Below are positions 48,256 to 60,854 of a stretch of 64,000 nt of DNA, piece by piece. The notes beneath the pieces are model-generated. The model ran no database searches. It was not told where the DNA came from and saw only the letters and a program-made list of their open reading frames with translations. Made by a program: the position numbers and the translations under genes. The DNA is from Scenedesmus sp. PABB004 (lineage: Eukaryota): NCBI GenBank assembly GCA_014905635.1, contig JABVCE010000031.1, positions 62,001 through 126,000 on the forward strand. Reading direction: 5' to 3'. The first letter of the stretch is position 1; every line of letters begins with the position of its first letter.

Positions 48256-49936
48256 TCACACCGCGACGCTGCCGGAGAAGGCGAGCTCCGCTGGGCCGGT
48301 CATGTAGACGTGGTTGTCAGCCTCCCGCCACTCGATCTGCAGCGGCCCGCCCGGCAGGTCCACCTGGCAGCGCCGATCGACCAGCCCCTCCAGCACGCCA
48401 GCGACGACCGTCGCGCACGCGCCCGTGCCGCACGCGAGCGTCGCGCCCGCGCCGCGCTCCCACACGACCATGCGCACGTGCGCGCGGGAGAGGACCTCCA
48501 CAAACTCGGTGTTGGTGCGCGCGGGGAAGGCGGCGTTGTGCTCGAAGAGCGGCCCCAGCGCCGCCAGGTCGAGCGCGTCAACCTGCGCGCGTCGCACCAG
48601 CGGCGGCGCGGGCGTCGAGGGGGCGTCAGGGGGCGTGCGAGGGCTCGGGGGCGCGCGAGGGCTTGGGGGCGCGCGGCGCAGCAAGGCGGTGCGCGCCGCA
48701 CGCCGCCGCCCGCCCGCCGCCCGCCGCCCGTCACCGCACCTTGATGGGCGTGCCATCGACGGCGTACGTGACGGCGTGGGGGTTGCCCATGCTCACGCAG
48801 CTCATCGCCCAGCGCCGCCCGCGACCTCGAGCGGCGCGGCCACGACCGCGCCGTCGCGCGTCGCCGGCAGCGTCGTCGGCACCGACGGGCCGTCGAGGAT
48901 CGGCTCGCCCATGTCCACGCAGACCTGGCCGTCCGGCAGCAGCTCCGGCTGGATGAGGCCTGGGCGGCGCGGGGGCGGCAGGGCCAGGGCGGGTTCAATC
49001 GGCGCGGCGCACGAAGCAGCAAGCGTTGCAGCGGCGCGCGAAGCAGCGGCGAGCGCCGCGGCGCGGCGCGGCGCCGCGCGCACCCGCGAGCGTGTGGATC
49101 TTGAACTTGGCCGCGCCCGCGCCGTCAATGTCGGCGACGAAGCGCGCAAGGCAGCGGATGCCGTTGCCGCACATCTCGGGCTCGCTGCCGTCGCTGTTGT
49201 AGATGCGCATGGCCAGGTCGGTGCCGCCGACCGGCGGCAGCGCAAAGATGACCTGCGCCGCGCGGCGCGGCGGGCGCGGCGCGTGGGCGCCGGCGCGCGG
49301 GCGCGTGCGGCCGCGGCCGTCGCAGCGTGCGGCTGCGGCGTGGCCGCCGGCTGCGCGCGCGGCAGGGGCCGCAGGTGGGGCAGGGGCGGCGCGCACCCCG
49401 TCGCCGCCGATGCCAAAGTTGCGGTCGCACAGCCGCGCCGCCTGCTCCGGCGTGATCACCGGCTCCGCGCTGTGCCGGTTGTCGACCTGCGCGCGGCGCG
49501 CGGCGGCCGCGGGCGGCAGGCGCGGCGGCGGCGGCTCGGCGGCGGCCCGGCGCAGTCGAACAGCGGTACCCCCGCCCCCGCGGCGGCGCTGCTGCGTGCG
49601 CGCCCGCCGGCCGCACCAGGATAAAGTCGTTGCCGAGGCCCTGGTACTTCATGAACTGAATGGTCTTGCCGCCGGCGGCGCCCATCGCCGGCGCCTGCGT
49701 GCGCCGGGAGCGAGGCAGCAGCGGCGGCGCCGGCGAGCGGCGCTCGGCGTGCGGCGCCGCGGTCGCGGCGCGCTAGCTGGCGCGCGCGTCGGGTGCCGTG
49801 CAATGCGCGCGGAGGCGCGAGCTGCGCCCACCTTTTGCTGCGCCGGGGCGCTCACGGCCGCCACGCGCAGCGTGGGCCTGCCCGCGCGGCGTGGGCCGGC
49901 GCGGGAGGCGTGCGTGGCGCGCAGGTTGGCCTGCAT
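48256..49936 (-). CDS. dapF: Diaminopimelate epimerase, plastid-targeted; apparent 1-nt deletion at 48818-48820
   Basis: [83 protein letters not shown]. Confidence 0.96.
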
Positions 49937-50234
49937 GGCGGCCGCTGCGGCCGGGGCTGCGTGCGAGAGGGCTGGCGCGATGAAGCCGAGCGCTGGCTGC
50001 GACTGCGGGCGCGGCGGGCTGGCGCGACGCGGCAAGGTGGGCGACCAGGAGGAGCGGGTCGCGCCGCCCGGAGCCGTTGATCGCGCGCGCATGTCACACC
50101 GCGGCGCAACCGCCGCTGCACCGCCGCGCGCGGGGCTGCGCCGCCGCCCCCGAATGGATTGGGTTCGCGCCCCCACCCCACAAAGCACCAGTGCGTGCCT
50201 CCACCCCCGCCCTGGTCTGTTTGCGCCGCTGCTG

Positions 50235-51422
50235 TCAACGCGGCGCCGCAAAGGGGTGCGGCTGCTCGCCGGAGGCGCCGTCCGAGGCGAGGCTGATGAG
50301 GTCGGCCGTGGGCACGCCAGCAGAACCCGCCGCCGCGGGGGGCCCGCCCGCCGCGGTCAGCGCCAGGCTGGCCGCGCTGCCGCCAACGCCGGCGAGCCCA
50401 CCAGCCGCGAGGCCAGGCTGGCTCGCCGCGCGGCCGCCGCCGCTGCTCTCGGGCGGCGGCGCCAGCCGCGGCGGCGACGGCTGCGACGGCTGCGACTGCT
50501 GCGGCTGCTGCGCCGGCGCCGGGCCGTTCCAGGCGCAGAACGACGCCGCCGACGCGGCGTCGGCGGCGGCGGCGGCGCTGTCGCTGGCCCGCCGCGGCTG
50601 CGCCGCCGGCGCGGCCGCGCTGAAGGAACCCGTGTGGCCGCCCGGCGGCGGCGGCAGCAGCGGCGCGACGGGCCCCGCCGCCGCTGCGGGCGCTGCCGCC
50701 GGGGGCGCGGCCGCGCCCGCGGCGGGCTGCTGCCCGCCGGAGCTGAAGCTGCCCGTCCCGCCGCTGCTGCTCGCGTGCCGCGCGGCGCGCGCGGCGGCGT
50801 CAACCGCGGACCCCGCCTCCACCGCCGCGGCCAGCGGGCAGCCCGGGCCGGCGCCGGCGGGCTCGCCCGCCGCCCCGCCGGCGCCCCCGGCGCTGTCCGC
50901 CTCGTCGGCGGAGGTCAGCGGGCTGCTGCCGCCCGCCAGCGCCGCAAAGGGGCTGGCGCGGATGGGCGAGCGCGCAGCGGGCGAGGCGCCCGGCGCCGCC
51001 GCGCCGGCCGCGGCGGCCGGCACCGCCACCGGCTGCGACGCTGGCGGCGGCCGCGGCGGCGGCGGCGCCGCGCCGCCGAGGCTGCCGCTGCCGCTGTGCG
51101 CCGTCTGCGCGGCCGGCGCCGCAAAGGGCGACGCAGCCGGGCCGCGCGGCGCGGCGGCGGCGCCGCCGCCCGCCACCGAGGCGCCGTAGCTGACCGGCAT
51201 TTGCTGCTGCTGCTGCGGCGGCGGCGGCGCGTCAGAGGCGGTCGGCTCCAGCTGCGCCACCGCCGCAAACGGCGAGAACGGGCTGGCGAGCGCCCGCGGC
51301 GGCGCCGCCGCCGGCGGCGCCCGCGGCGGCAGCCCGCCCGCGTCCGCGCCCGCGTCGGCCACGCCGCCGGCGAGCGACACCACGCGCGGCGTGCCGCCCG
51401 ACGCAAACGGGCCGGCGAAGCT

Positions 51423-51472
<50 letters not shown>

Positions 51473-54400
51473 CGGCCGACGTGCGGGGTGAGATGAGCGG
51501 CGTGGGCGCGGCGCTGCCGCTCGCGCTGCTGCTGCCGCCGGCCGCGCTGCCCGCGGCGCTGCCGAGCAGCAGCCCCGCAGTGAGGTCGGCGTCGCCGCTG
51601 CCGGCGCGCGCCGGCGGCGGCACCGGCGGCAGCGCCGCCGCGGGCGGCTTGGGCGCGCTCGGGCCGGGGAGGTCGTCCTCCTGCAGCTGCAGCAGGTCAG
51701 CGATGGCCGGCCCCGCCGCGGCCGCGGCCGCGGCCGCGCCGCCCGCGACGTCGCTGCGGCTGTGCTGGTGGTGCCGCGCGCCGCCGGCGCCGCCGCCGCC
51801 GCGCGCCGCCGCCGCCGCCGCCAGCAGGTCGCCCTCTGACGCGTTGCGCTGCCCGCGCGGCGGCGCCGCGGGCGCGGCGTTGGGCCCGGGCGCCGCGTTG
51901 GGCCCGCCGAGCTTGAGCAGCGCCTTGAGCGTCGTGACGATCGCCCCGAAGTTCGGCCGCGCCGCGTAGTCCTGCGCCCAGCACTGGGCCATGAGCTGAG
52001 TGTAGCCCGCGACCGCGGCCGCGGGGCCGAGCTGCCCCGGCAGCGACGACAGCGGCGGCAGGCCCGGCCGCGCGCCCTGCTGCTGCACCGCGATCATGAT
52101 CTGAAAGGACCCCAGGCCCTCCGCCTCCCACGGCTCCTCCCAGCACCTGGGGCGGGAAGGTGGGCGGGCGGGAAGGTGGGCGGGCGGGCGGGCGGGAAGG
52201 TGGGCGGGCGGGCGGGAAGGCGAGTGGGGTGGGCGGGCGGCGGCGAGGCATGTGGGGCGCGCGCCGCGGCGCGGCGGGGCGGCGGCGCTCACAGGAGCTC
52301 CCACAGCACGATGCCCATCGCATACACGTCGGCTGGCAAAGAGGGGGCGAGGGGGGTGCGGGCGCGGCGGCGGCGTCATCGCGGCCGGCGCGGCAGGCGG
52401 CGCGCGCGACGCGGGGCGCGGCGGCAGGCCTTGGCAGCAGCAAAAGGCTGCGGGGCGCGCAGGCGGCTGCGGCCACCTGCGGTGCTGTAGTAGCCCTCCC
52501 CGATGACCTCGGGCGCCTGCCAGCGCGGGTTGAGCTCGAGGCTGCTCTTGACGAACGAGGCGCCGAGGGTCATGTAGCGGCTGCGCGGCGCGGCGGCGCG
52601 GGGGCGGGGCGACGGGGTTTAGGGTTAAGGAGGAGCCGGGGCGGCGGAGCAGGGTCGAGGGCGGCGGCGCGGGGCCGAGCAACGGCGGGGCGCGGGCAGG
52701 GGCAGGCGGCGCGTGGCGGGCGGGGGGGGGGGGGGTTGTCGCGCCTGAGGTTGAAGTCCCCGACCTTGACGTGCAGCGCGTTGGTCACAAACAGGTTGGG
52801 GCTCTGCGGGCGGTTGGGTGTGTGTGTGTGGGTGGGTGGGTGTGTGGGTGGATGGGTGGGTGGGTGTGCGTGCGTGTGTGATTAGGTGTGGGTGTGAATG
52901 TGTTTGGGGGAGGGGGGCACGTCGTGGGGGTGGCGGCGCCCTGGACTCGAGGGCCACGGCAGCGGGGACGGCAGCCCCGCCCCGTCGGGACGCCGGCCGG
53001 CCGGGTTTCGGGGTTCAGGGCCTAAAACCTAACCCCTAAACCCTAAACCCCGTGCCTTGAGGTCGCGGTGCAGGATGGTGGGCTTGTGGGAGTGCAGGTA
53101 GAGCAGACCGCGTGCAGCGTCCAGCGCCATCAGCAGCCGCCGCGTCCACGTGAGCCGCGCCGCCATGGCCGGGTCGCTGCGCGCCTGCGCGGCGGGGCGG
53201 GGCGGGCGCGTGTGCGTCAGCACGTGTGTGTGTGCTTTCAGCGGGCCGTCACATCTCGTGAGCGCGGCGCCGGCTGGGGGGCCCGCAGCACGCCCGCACG
53301 CGGCTCCACACACGCAAAGCAAAAGCAAACGCAAAAGCGAGCGAGGCCGGGCCTTCTCTTTTCTTTCTCTTTCTCTTTCTCGCCATCTCTCGCGCCGCCA
53401 TCTCTCTCACCTTTTTGAGGACGTCGTAGAGTGAGCCGAGGGGGCAGAACTCGGTCACGATCGCGGGCGGGGCGAGGCAGACGCCCATGAACAACACCAC
53501 GTTGGGGTGGCGCAGCGTCGCCTGGCGCCCGGCGGCGGCGGCGGCGGCGGCGGCGCGGTGTCGAGTGCGCGCGGGTGCGGGCAGGCGCGCGGTTTTGAGA
53601 GCGACAGCGTGTGAGCGCGTGCGTGGCTGCACGAGGGGAGGGGAGGGACGGGGCCAGGGGGCGGCAGGCGGACGGGCGCGCCGCGGGCGTGTCCCAGCCT
53701 CCGCCGAAGCCCCATTCCTGGCGCACGCGCGCCCGCGGCGCACCAGGATGCCGACCTCCTGCCGCAGCGCGCGCAGGCGCGCCTCGTCCCACGACGGGCA
53801 GTCGGCCGGCGCCGCGCCGCCGGGGCGGTCGGCGGCGGGCAGGTCGGTCAGGATTTTCACCGCGACGTCGGTCTGGTTGAAGCAGCCTGGCCGGCGGGCG
53901 GGCGGGAGCGTGCGCGGGTGGGGTGTGAGCGTTTGTAAGGGTGTGAGAGGGAGCCGAGGAGGAGGGGGAGCAGGGGAGGAGGAGGCACTGGGGGTGGGGC
54001 AGGACCCGGCGCGCCGCCGCGCACGCGCGGCCGCGCGGCACCGCACCGATCTCGACGCGCCCGTAGCTGCCGGTGCCGATGACGCGGCGGTGCGCCGGGT
54101 CCTGCGCCACCCCCAGCGCCTCCCACTCGAGCATCCAGCTGCTGCCCTGCAGGTCGCGCCCCCAGCGCGCGCTGCTGCTGTTGCGCACGAGGCCGTCGGC
54201 GCCGCCCGCGCCGCCGCCGCCCGCGCCGGCGCCGGCCGGCGCCGGCTGCGGCTCGGCCGCCGCCGGCTGCGGCTCGGCCGCGCCCCGCTGCTCCTGCTGC
54301 TGCTGCTTCTGCTGCTTCTGCTGCTGCTGCTCGGGCGGCGTCGGCGCGCCCTCCTCCACGACCGCCAGCGCGGCTGCCGCGTCGGCGGCGTCCGTCTGCC

Positions 54401-57400
54401 GCGTCGCCGTCTGCGCGCGCGCCGCGGCGAACTGCAGCGCCTGCGGCGCGCCGCCGCTGCCGCCCAGCGCAGCGCCGTTGGGCACGGCGCCGTCGCTGCG
54501 CTGGCGCAGGTGGTGCGAGCCCGCGCCTGTGCCCGCCGCCGCGCTGGCCGTGGGCGAGAGCAGCAGGCTGCTGACGTTGCTGCCGCTGCCCGCGCTGACG
54601 CTGGTCGACGCCGACAGCCCCAGCACCGCCGCCGCCGCCTCGCTCACGGGGTTGCGGCTGTGCGGCAGCGCCAGCCCTGCGCGGCGCCGGCGGCGGCGGC
54701 GGCGCACGTCAGCTCGCTCCACGCCTGCGCTCCGCCAGCCTCCACCCCTCCCCCGCTCGCCGCGCGCGGCGCGGGCACCCGCCCACCCGCCCGCCCGCCC
54801 GCCAAAACCCGCCCGCCACCGCCCGCCGGGGCGCGCCGCCGCGGCACGCACCCGCCTCGGCCGCGCGCACGCGCAGCGTCGTTTCGGGCCACATCTTGAT
54901 GCTGCCGGTCTTGCCTGACGACACCAGCAGGTGCCCCGCGCCCACGAGGTGTGTGAGCCCCAGGCGGTGCACCTGCGCGGGCCGCAGCCGCGGCGGGGCG
55001 CGCGTGCGTGGGCGCGCGGGCCAGGGGGCGGCGGCGGTGCCTGCGCGCGCCGCCGCGAGGCTGAGGCGCCGCGCCGCGCCTGCAGCGTGACCGTGGCGGG
55101 GTTCCAGCGCGACACGTTGGCGTCGTCACGCGGCGCGAGGCGCGTCTTGGGGTCGAGCTTGCGCAGATAGACCTGGCGGCGGCGGCGCGACACGGCGCCC
55201 GACGGGCGAGGGTTCAGCTCGGGGGCAACGGCCGACGCCGCGGCGGCCGCGGGCCGCCCAGGCACGCCGGCCGGCTGCCCGCAGCGGCGCTCGCGCACCT
55301 TGCCGTCGGCGTGCGCCGCTGAGAGCAGGCCGAGGTCGTCCAGCACCACAACCGCGCGCACGGGGCTGCGGCTGCCGCCGCGCTCGGGGCGACGAGCAGC
55401 ACCGGCTTCAGGCTGTCGCCGGCAGTGTCCCACATCACGAGCCCGCCGTTGGCGTGCCCCGTCACGAGGTGCCGCTCGCCGCTGCCGCCGCCGGGCGGCG
55501 CGCGCGGCGTGCCGGCGCTGCCGCTGCCCGCGCTGCCCGGCAGCGAGCCGCCGCTCGCGAGCAGGCCGCCGCTGCCGGCGCGGCGCGCGGCGGGCGGGGC
55601 CGCCCAGTGGACCATGGCCATCGCCGTGGCGGGCGACCTGCGGCGGCGGCGAGCGCGCGGCGGGGGGTCGGCCGCTGCGCGCGAGCCCCGCGACACGCGG
55701 GCACCAGGCGCAGCAGCCGCACGTGGCGCCGCACCTGCACCAGCGCGTGCTGCGCTTGCTGATGCTGCGCAGCAGCTCGAAGCGCGCCGCGTCCCAGACG
55801 AGCAGCGCGGCCGACGCGGCGCTCGCGCCGCCGGCGGTGTAGGCGCGGCCTGCAGAGATCAGGATGCCGCGCACCGGCCCCGCGTGCACCGCCGTGGCCT
55901 TGAGCCGCCCCGCGCTCCCCCCCGACTGCGCGCCGAGGCACGACTCCAGCAGCTCCAGCCCGCTCGCGGCGGCGTGGTGGCCGCTGCCGCCAGACGGCCG
56001 CGACCCGCTCCTGCGCGGCGGCGCGCGGCGGCGGCAGCATGCGAGGGCGTGAGCGGGTGCGGCGTGCGAGGGTGCGGTGCCGCGCCGGGCCGCGCGGCCG
56101 GCGGGCGCGGCGCGGCCGCTGGCTGGCGGCCGGCGCGGGCCGCGCACCTCGCGACTCGCCCGGCGTGCCGCTGCTGCGGCTTGCTGCAGGGGTGCGTTCG
56201 CGCGCTGCCGCAGGCGCTGCCCGGTGGCGCGGCGCCGGCCCACGCGCCGCCGCTGCCGGCGCTGCCCGCCGCGGCTCCCGCGATGGGCGCGGCGCTCGCG
56301 GAGCTGCCGCCGCTGTCAATGGAGCGCGTGGTGGGGCTGTGTGCGTCGTAGCCCAGCAGCTGCCGCACCGGCTCCAGCTTGCCGGGGCCGGGCAGCGAAT
56401 AACCCTGGTTGAAGCTGCGCGCGGCGCGGGCGGCGGCGCGGCCGGGAGGGTGAGGCCCGGGGTGCGGCGCGCGGCGGCCGCGGCGGGGCCGGCGCCCGCG
56501 GCGGCAGCGGCGGGCCCGGCGCCGGCGCGCTGCCACGCACCGCACGACCGCCACCTCGCCGTCCGCGGTGCCGGCCCAGCAGTAGCCAGAGTCGGGGTCG
56601 ACGGCGAGCGCCGTCACCGCCGCGGCGCCGAGGCGCACGGGGCTGCCGCCTGCTGCGGCGCCCTCCATGCTCCAGATGCGCACGGTGCCGTCAGCGTGGC
56701 CCGACCAGAGGAAGCCTGGCGGCGGCGCGGCGCGGGTTAAGTGCGGCGCGGGCGCGGTCAGCGGCCGCGCCGGCGAGGGCGCAGCCGCGCGCGCGAGGCC
56801 GGGGCCCGCGGGCCTCCCCGCGCGCACCCGACTTGTCGTGTGCCATGCACAGCAGCGCCTCGCCCGCGCCCTCGAGCACCGTCGTCACCTGCGCGCGGCG
56901 CGCGGGCGCTCGCACGCTACACACCCCGCCCGCGGCCTCTGCGCGCCCCGCGCGCGCGCGCGCGCGGCCGCCGTGCTGCCGCCGCCGTCCCGCCGTTAAC
57001 CTGGCTGGCGAGGTGCACGATCTTGATGTTTCGGTGCGCCGCCCACGCGACGACGCCGTCGTGCCCCTCGCCCTCGTCGTCGGGGAACGCAAGCAGCGCC
57101 GCAACCTTGTGCTTTGACGCGAGCCGCAGGCTGTGCCTGCGCGGCGGCGGTGGCGGCGCGGGGGCCACCGGCGCCCAGGGCGGGCGGGCGGGCGGGCGGT
57201 GGCGCGTGGGCGCGCGGCAGCGTGGGCGGCGCGCACGCGCTCGCATGACCATGGCGGCGGCCGCGGCGGCGGCCGCGGCGCGCACCGGGCAAACGCGTTG
57301 CCGCTCGCGACGCTGCTGCTGCCGGACGGCCCCGCCTGCGTGACCTCGCGCTTGATGCGGTTCTGGGGGTCGATCAGGTCCCACGTCTGCAATCGCGCGG

Positions 57401-58405
57401 GCGGCGCGGTGGCCGGGCGCGCCGGGCGCGTCGGGCGGGCGGCGCCGCCAAGCGCGGCCGCCGCGGGCGTGCCCCGTGCGAAACGCACGCGCGTGCGGGC
57501 CGCGCACCCGGTTGGTGAGGCCCTGGAGGTCATCGATGAGACGCTCAAACTTGGCGCCCACCTCGTCCTTGCCCTCGAAGCGCAGCACGCTGTCCAGCAG
57601 CCGCTCGTGGCCGTACTTGCGCACCTGCGCGGCGCGGCGCGGCGCGGCGATGAGGGATGAGGAGGGGAGGGCAGGGCGCCGCCGCCGCCGCCTGCTGACG
57701 CCACGCGCCCGCCTGCCGCCTGCCGCCGCGCGCTGCCGCGCCGCCGGCCGGGCGCTGCACGGCGCGGCGCGGGCGCGGCCGCACCAGCGCGTCGGCCGAG
57801 AGCAGCCGGGCCTGCAGCTCGCTCGCGAGCTGCTGCACGTTGAGCTCGCTGCCGGCGCCCTTGTGCGACGACAGCGCCTGCGGGACAGGGCCGCGCGGCG
57901 TGAGGAGCCAGCCGACCGCGCCGCCGCCGCCGCCGCCGCTGTGTGGCAAGCCCTCCCTCCCCCTCGCAGAGCAAAAACCGCGCACCTCTGACAGCGCGAG
58001 GCTCGCGGCGATCGCCGCGCCCAGCAGCCGGCTGCACTGCTCCCGGAAGCTCCGCGCGCTGTTGGCCTGCTGCGAGAGGGCCTTGATCAGCGCGCGGCAG
58101 TCGCCGACCGTGCGCGCCGCGCGCTGGAAGCGGTCGTACGCCTCGGGCGACGCCGCGAGGGCCGGCGGCCCCGGCGACGGGCCGCCGGGGCCGCCGCCGC
58201 CGGCGTGGCTGCCGCCGCCGGCATGGCTGCCGTCCGCGGGGACGCTGCCTGCGGCGCGCGCGTGCGGCGCGGTGAGCGGCGGCCGCACAGCGGCGGCAGC
58301 GGCGGCGCACGCCGCCCCGCGGCGCCACGCACTGCTCAGCAGGCGCGGCAGACTGCGGCTGCGGAACTGGTCCAGGTTGGCGCCGCGGTGGCCGCCATGC
58401 TCCAT
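50235..58405 (-). CDS. Multidomain protein: MLKL/4HB-like helical N-terminus, WD40 repeats, Raf-like (TKL) kinase, low-complexity tail
   Basis: WD40: LWSGHADGTVRIWS, LVTGHANGGLVMWD, LVSSGKTGSIKMWP. Kinase: IGTGSYGRV, VAVK, LRHPNVVLFMG, HRDLK|SPN, VGDFNL|SR, NPRWQAPE, DVYAMGIVLWELL, CWAQDYAARPNF. GC donors at 52744, 53055 and 55079; 1-nt deletion near 55387. Confidence 0.85.
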
Positions 58406-59198
58406 GCCGCCTCACGCGGCGCGGCAGCGGCAGCGGCCGCGCGCCTGCCCTGCTGCGGGCGGCGCAGCAGCGGCAGCGGCAGCGGCAACCGTCGGCGGCG
58501 GCGACCCGCTCAGCGGGCGGGCCAGGGCAGGAGCACTGGCCCTGGGCGGCGCGCTGGCGGGGCTGCTTCGCTGCGGCGGCGTGCGCTCGCTGCGGGCAGG
58601 CGAGACAGCTGGCCCTGCTGCGCCGCAGCGCCGCATGCGCCCCATGGCGGCCGAGAGCGTCGAGCAGCGCGCCCAGCGACCGCACAGCTCGCCCCCAGCC
58701 GCCGTGCGCGGGCGCAGCGCTCACCACGCGGCGCGATGGCCATCGGCGCCCTGCTCGCGCGGTGCGGGCGCCGGCGCTGCCTGGGCCGACGCGGGCCGAC
58801 GACGCGATCGATCAGGCGCTCAAGGCCGCCCAGCCACAGCGAGCGGCCTGCTCCGGCTGCTGCACCCCGCCTCGCAGGCCGTGCGCTGGCGTCCAGGGGC
58901 TCGGGGCGTGCCCGCGATCTGAGGAGGGAGAGCAGCGACTGCCCGGCACGCGCGCGCTGCAAAGCGCGCGGGCCCGCGCCCAGCCGCCGCGGCGCAACCG
59001 CCGCGCCCGCGCCCCGGGGCGCCGCCCGCGCGGGCCCGGCAGGCGCGCTGGTGGGGCGCAGGAGCTCAGCTCAGCTCGTCTCGGCCTGGGTCGGCCCGGC
59101 GCGGCCGCCTCGTGAACGGGCGGGCCTGCCGACGTTTCCGCGCGCGCCGCACGCAGCACACGCCCAGCCGTCGGCGGCGCCAGTTTGGCGGGCTACTG

Positions 59199-59203
59199 TT
59201 ACA
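59199..59203 (-). promoter_or_regulatory. Chlorophyte-type TGTAA polyadenylation signal for the Nnf1-like gene
   Basis: TGTAA on the minus strand about 45 nt after the stop codon at 59246. Confidence 0.55.
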
Positions 59204-59245
59204 AACGGCGACGCAATGAAATCAACGGAGCGCGCAGCCTCGCCG

Positions 59246-60413
59246 TCAGAGCTGCAGCGGCTCGCCCGCGCTGGGCGCGACCCAAGACTTGGCGGCGCGA
59301 TACACCTGCGGGCGCGGCAATGGTCGTCGCACGCGCGGGCGCGCAGCAGCCCGTGCGGGGCGGTGTGGCCCGGCAGGCCCCCGGCACGCACACACGGCCC
59401 CCCCACCTTGTCAACCTGGTCCGCCACGCTCGCGTCAAAGTCGCGCGCCAGCTCGGCCGCGGCGCGCTGCTTGGCCTCCAGCTCGGACGCGAGCGCCGCC
59501 TGCTGCGCCTGCACCTGCGGCGGCGCGCGGCGCGCGAGGGTCGGCGCGGCGGGCGCGAGCGGCCGCGCGCCAGCCGGCGCGCGCCGCCACGGCGCACCTC
59601 CGCCAGCATCTGATGCAGCACCTGCTGCTCCGCCTGCTTCGCCGCCATGCGCGCGGCCGCCTCGGCGGCCGAGGGCAGCGTCGCCGCGGCGGCGGCGGTG
59701 CTGCGGCGCGGGCGCGCGGCGCGCCGTCATCAAGCGGCGCGCGCTGCCGCTGCGCCATCGCCGCGCGCGTGCATGCGGCTGTGAGCGTGCACGCGGCCGC
59801 GCCGCGCACCTGGCTTTGCTGAGCAGGCCGCGCTCGAGCAGGAGCGCCTCCAGCTCCTCCAGCTGCTGCGGGAGCCCCACCTCGGCGCACGCCGCCTCCA
59901 TCTCGCTGACGCCCGCCTCCACAATGGACTCGCATTGCTGCGCGACAGGGGGCGGCGGCGGGGTGGCCGCGGGCGCGCGCTGGCCCCGCCCCCGGGCCCG
60001 TGCACGACGCGGCGCGGGCGCGCCGCAGGCAGAGACCGAGTCACGCGCCCGCCTGCCGCGCAGCTCGCACCCTCGCGAGCAGGCGGTGCAGGAGGCGCAG
60101 CTGCTTCTCCGACGCCCGGCCCTGGAAGGTGGCCAGGAATGTCTGCGGCACGCGCGGCGCCGGCGCGGTCGGTCGCCGCCGAGCCGACACAACAACGGCG
60201 CCACGCCCGCCGCCAACCGCCGCCGCCGCCGCCGCCCACCTGCTCGTCCAGGGCGCCCAGGCCGGCGTTGAGCATGTTGCGGAAGCCGTTGACGAGGCGC
60301 AGGTAGCGCAGGCTGGTCGCGGGCGGCGGCGGCGGGGTGCCGCGCGGCGCGTCGCCCTGCTGCTGCTGCTGCTCGCCGCCTGCGGGCGCGGGCTGCGCCG
60401 CGGGCTCGGCCAT
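59246..60413 (-). CDS. Nnf1/PMF1-like subunit of the MIS12 kinetochore complex, 6 exons
   Basis: RYLRLVNGFRNML..|TFLATF..LRLLHRLL|QCESIVEAGVSEMEAACAEVGLPQQLEELEALLLE followed by coiled coil. The pattern is recalled from the Nnf1 family. Confidence 0.6.
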
Positions 60414-60854
60414 GACCCCGATCGCGCGGTGTGCCACGCCTGGGCGCTGCCGCGGCAGCCTGGCGCGGTGTCGCGGGGTGCGGTCGGGCTCGCTCGCGCG
60501 GGCCGGGGAGCACGCGGGCTTCGGAGAGAGGTTCACGAGCGCTGCGAGCAGTCGCGGGGCGGCCGCGCGGGCCCGGGCGAGGGCGGCGCAGGACGTGACA
60601 GGTGCGCGCGGCGTTTGATTCGTGAACCGCCGCGGCGCCGCTGCCGCTCGCACGATTGCCCGATTGCCCTCCCCGTCCCCTTCCTGCCGCCACAGCGGTG
60701 CCCCCGGCCGCTCCCGGTCGCCCTCGCCGCGTGCCGCACACCCGCGCGCCGGCAGGCCGCGGCGCCGCGCGCCGCGCCGCGCCGCGCCGCCCGCCCGCCC
60801 GCCCTCAGCGGCCTGCGCCGCCGCCGCGCCCGCCGAGGGACCGCACCACTCACC

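Noticed and set aside
52741..52770. DFN instead of DFG as a sign of a pseudokinase
   Set aside because: As I recall, DFNLSR with NPRWxAPE is common in green algal TKL kinases, and the metal-binding Asp, VAVK and HRDLK are intact.
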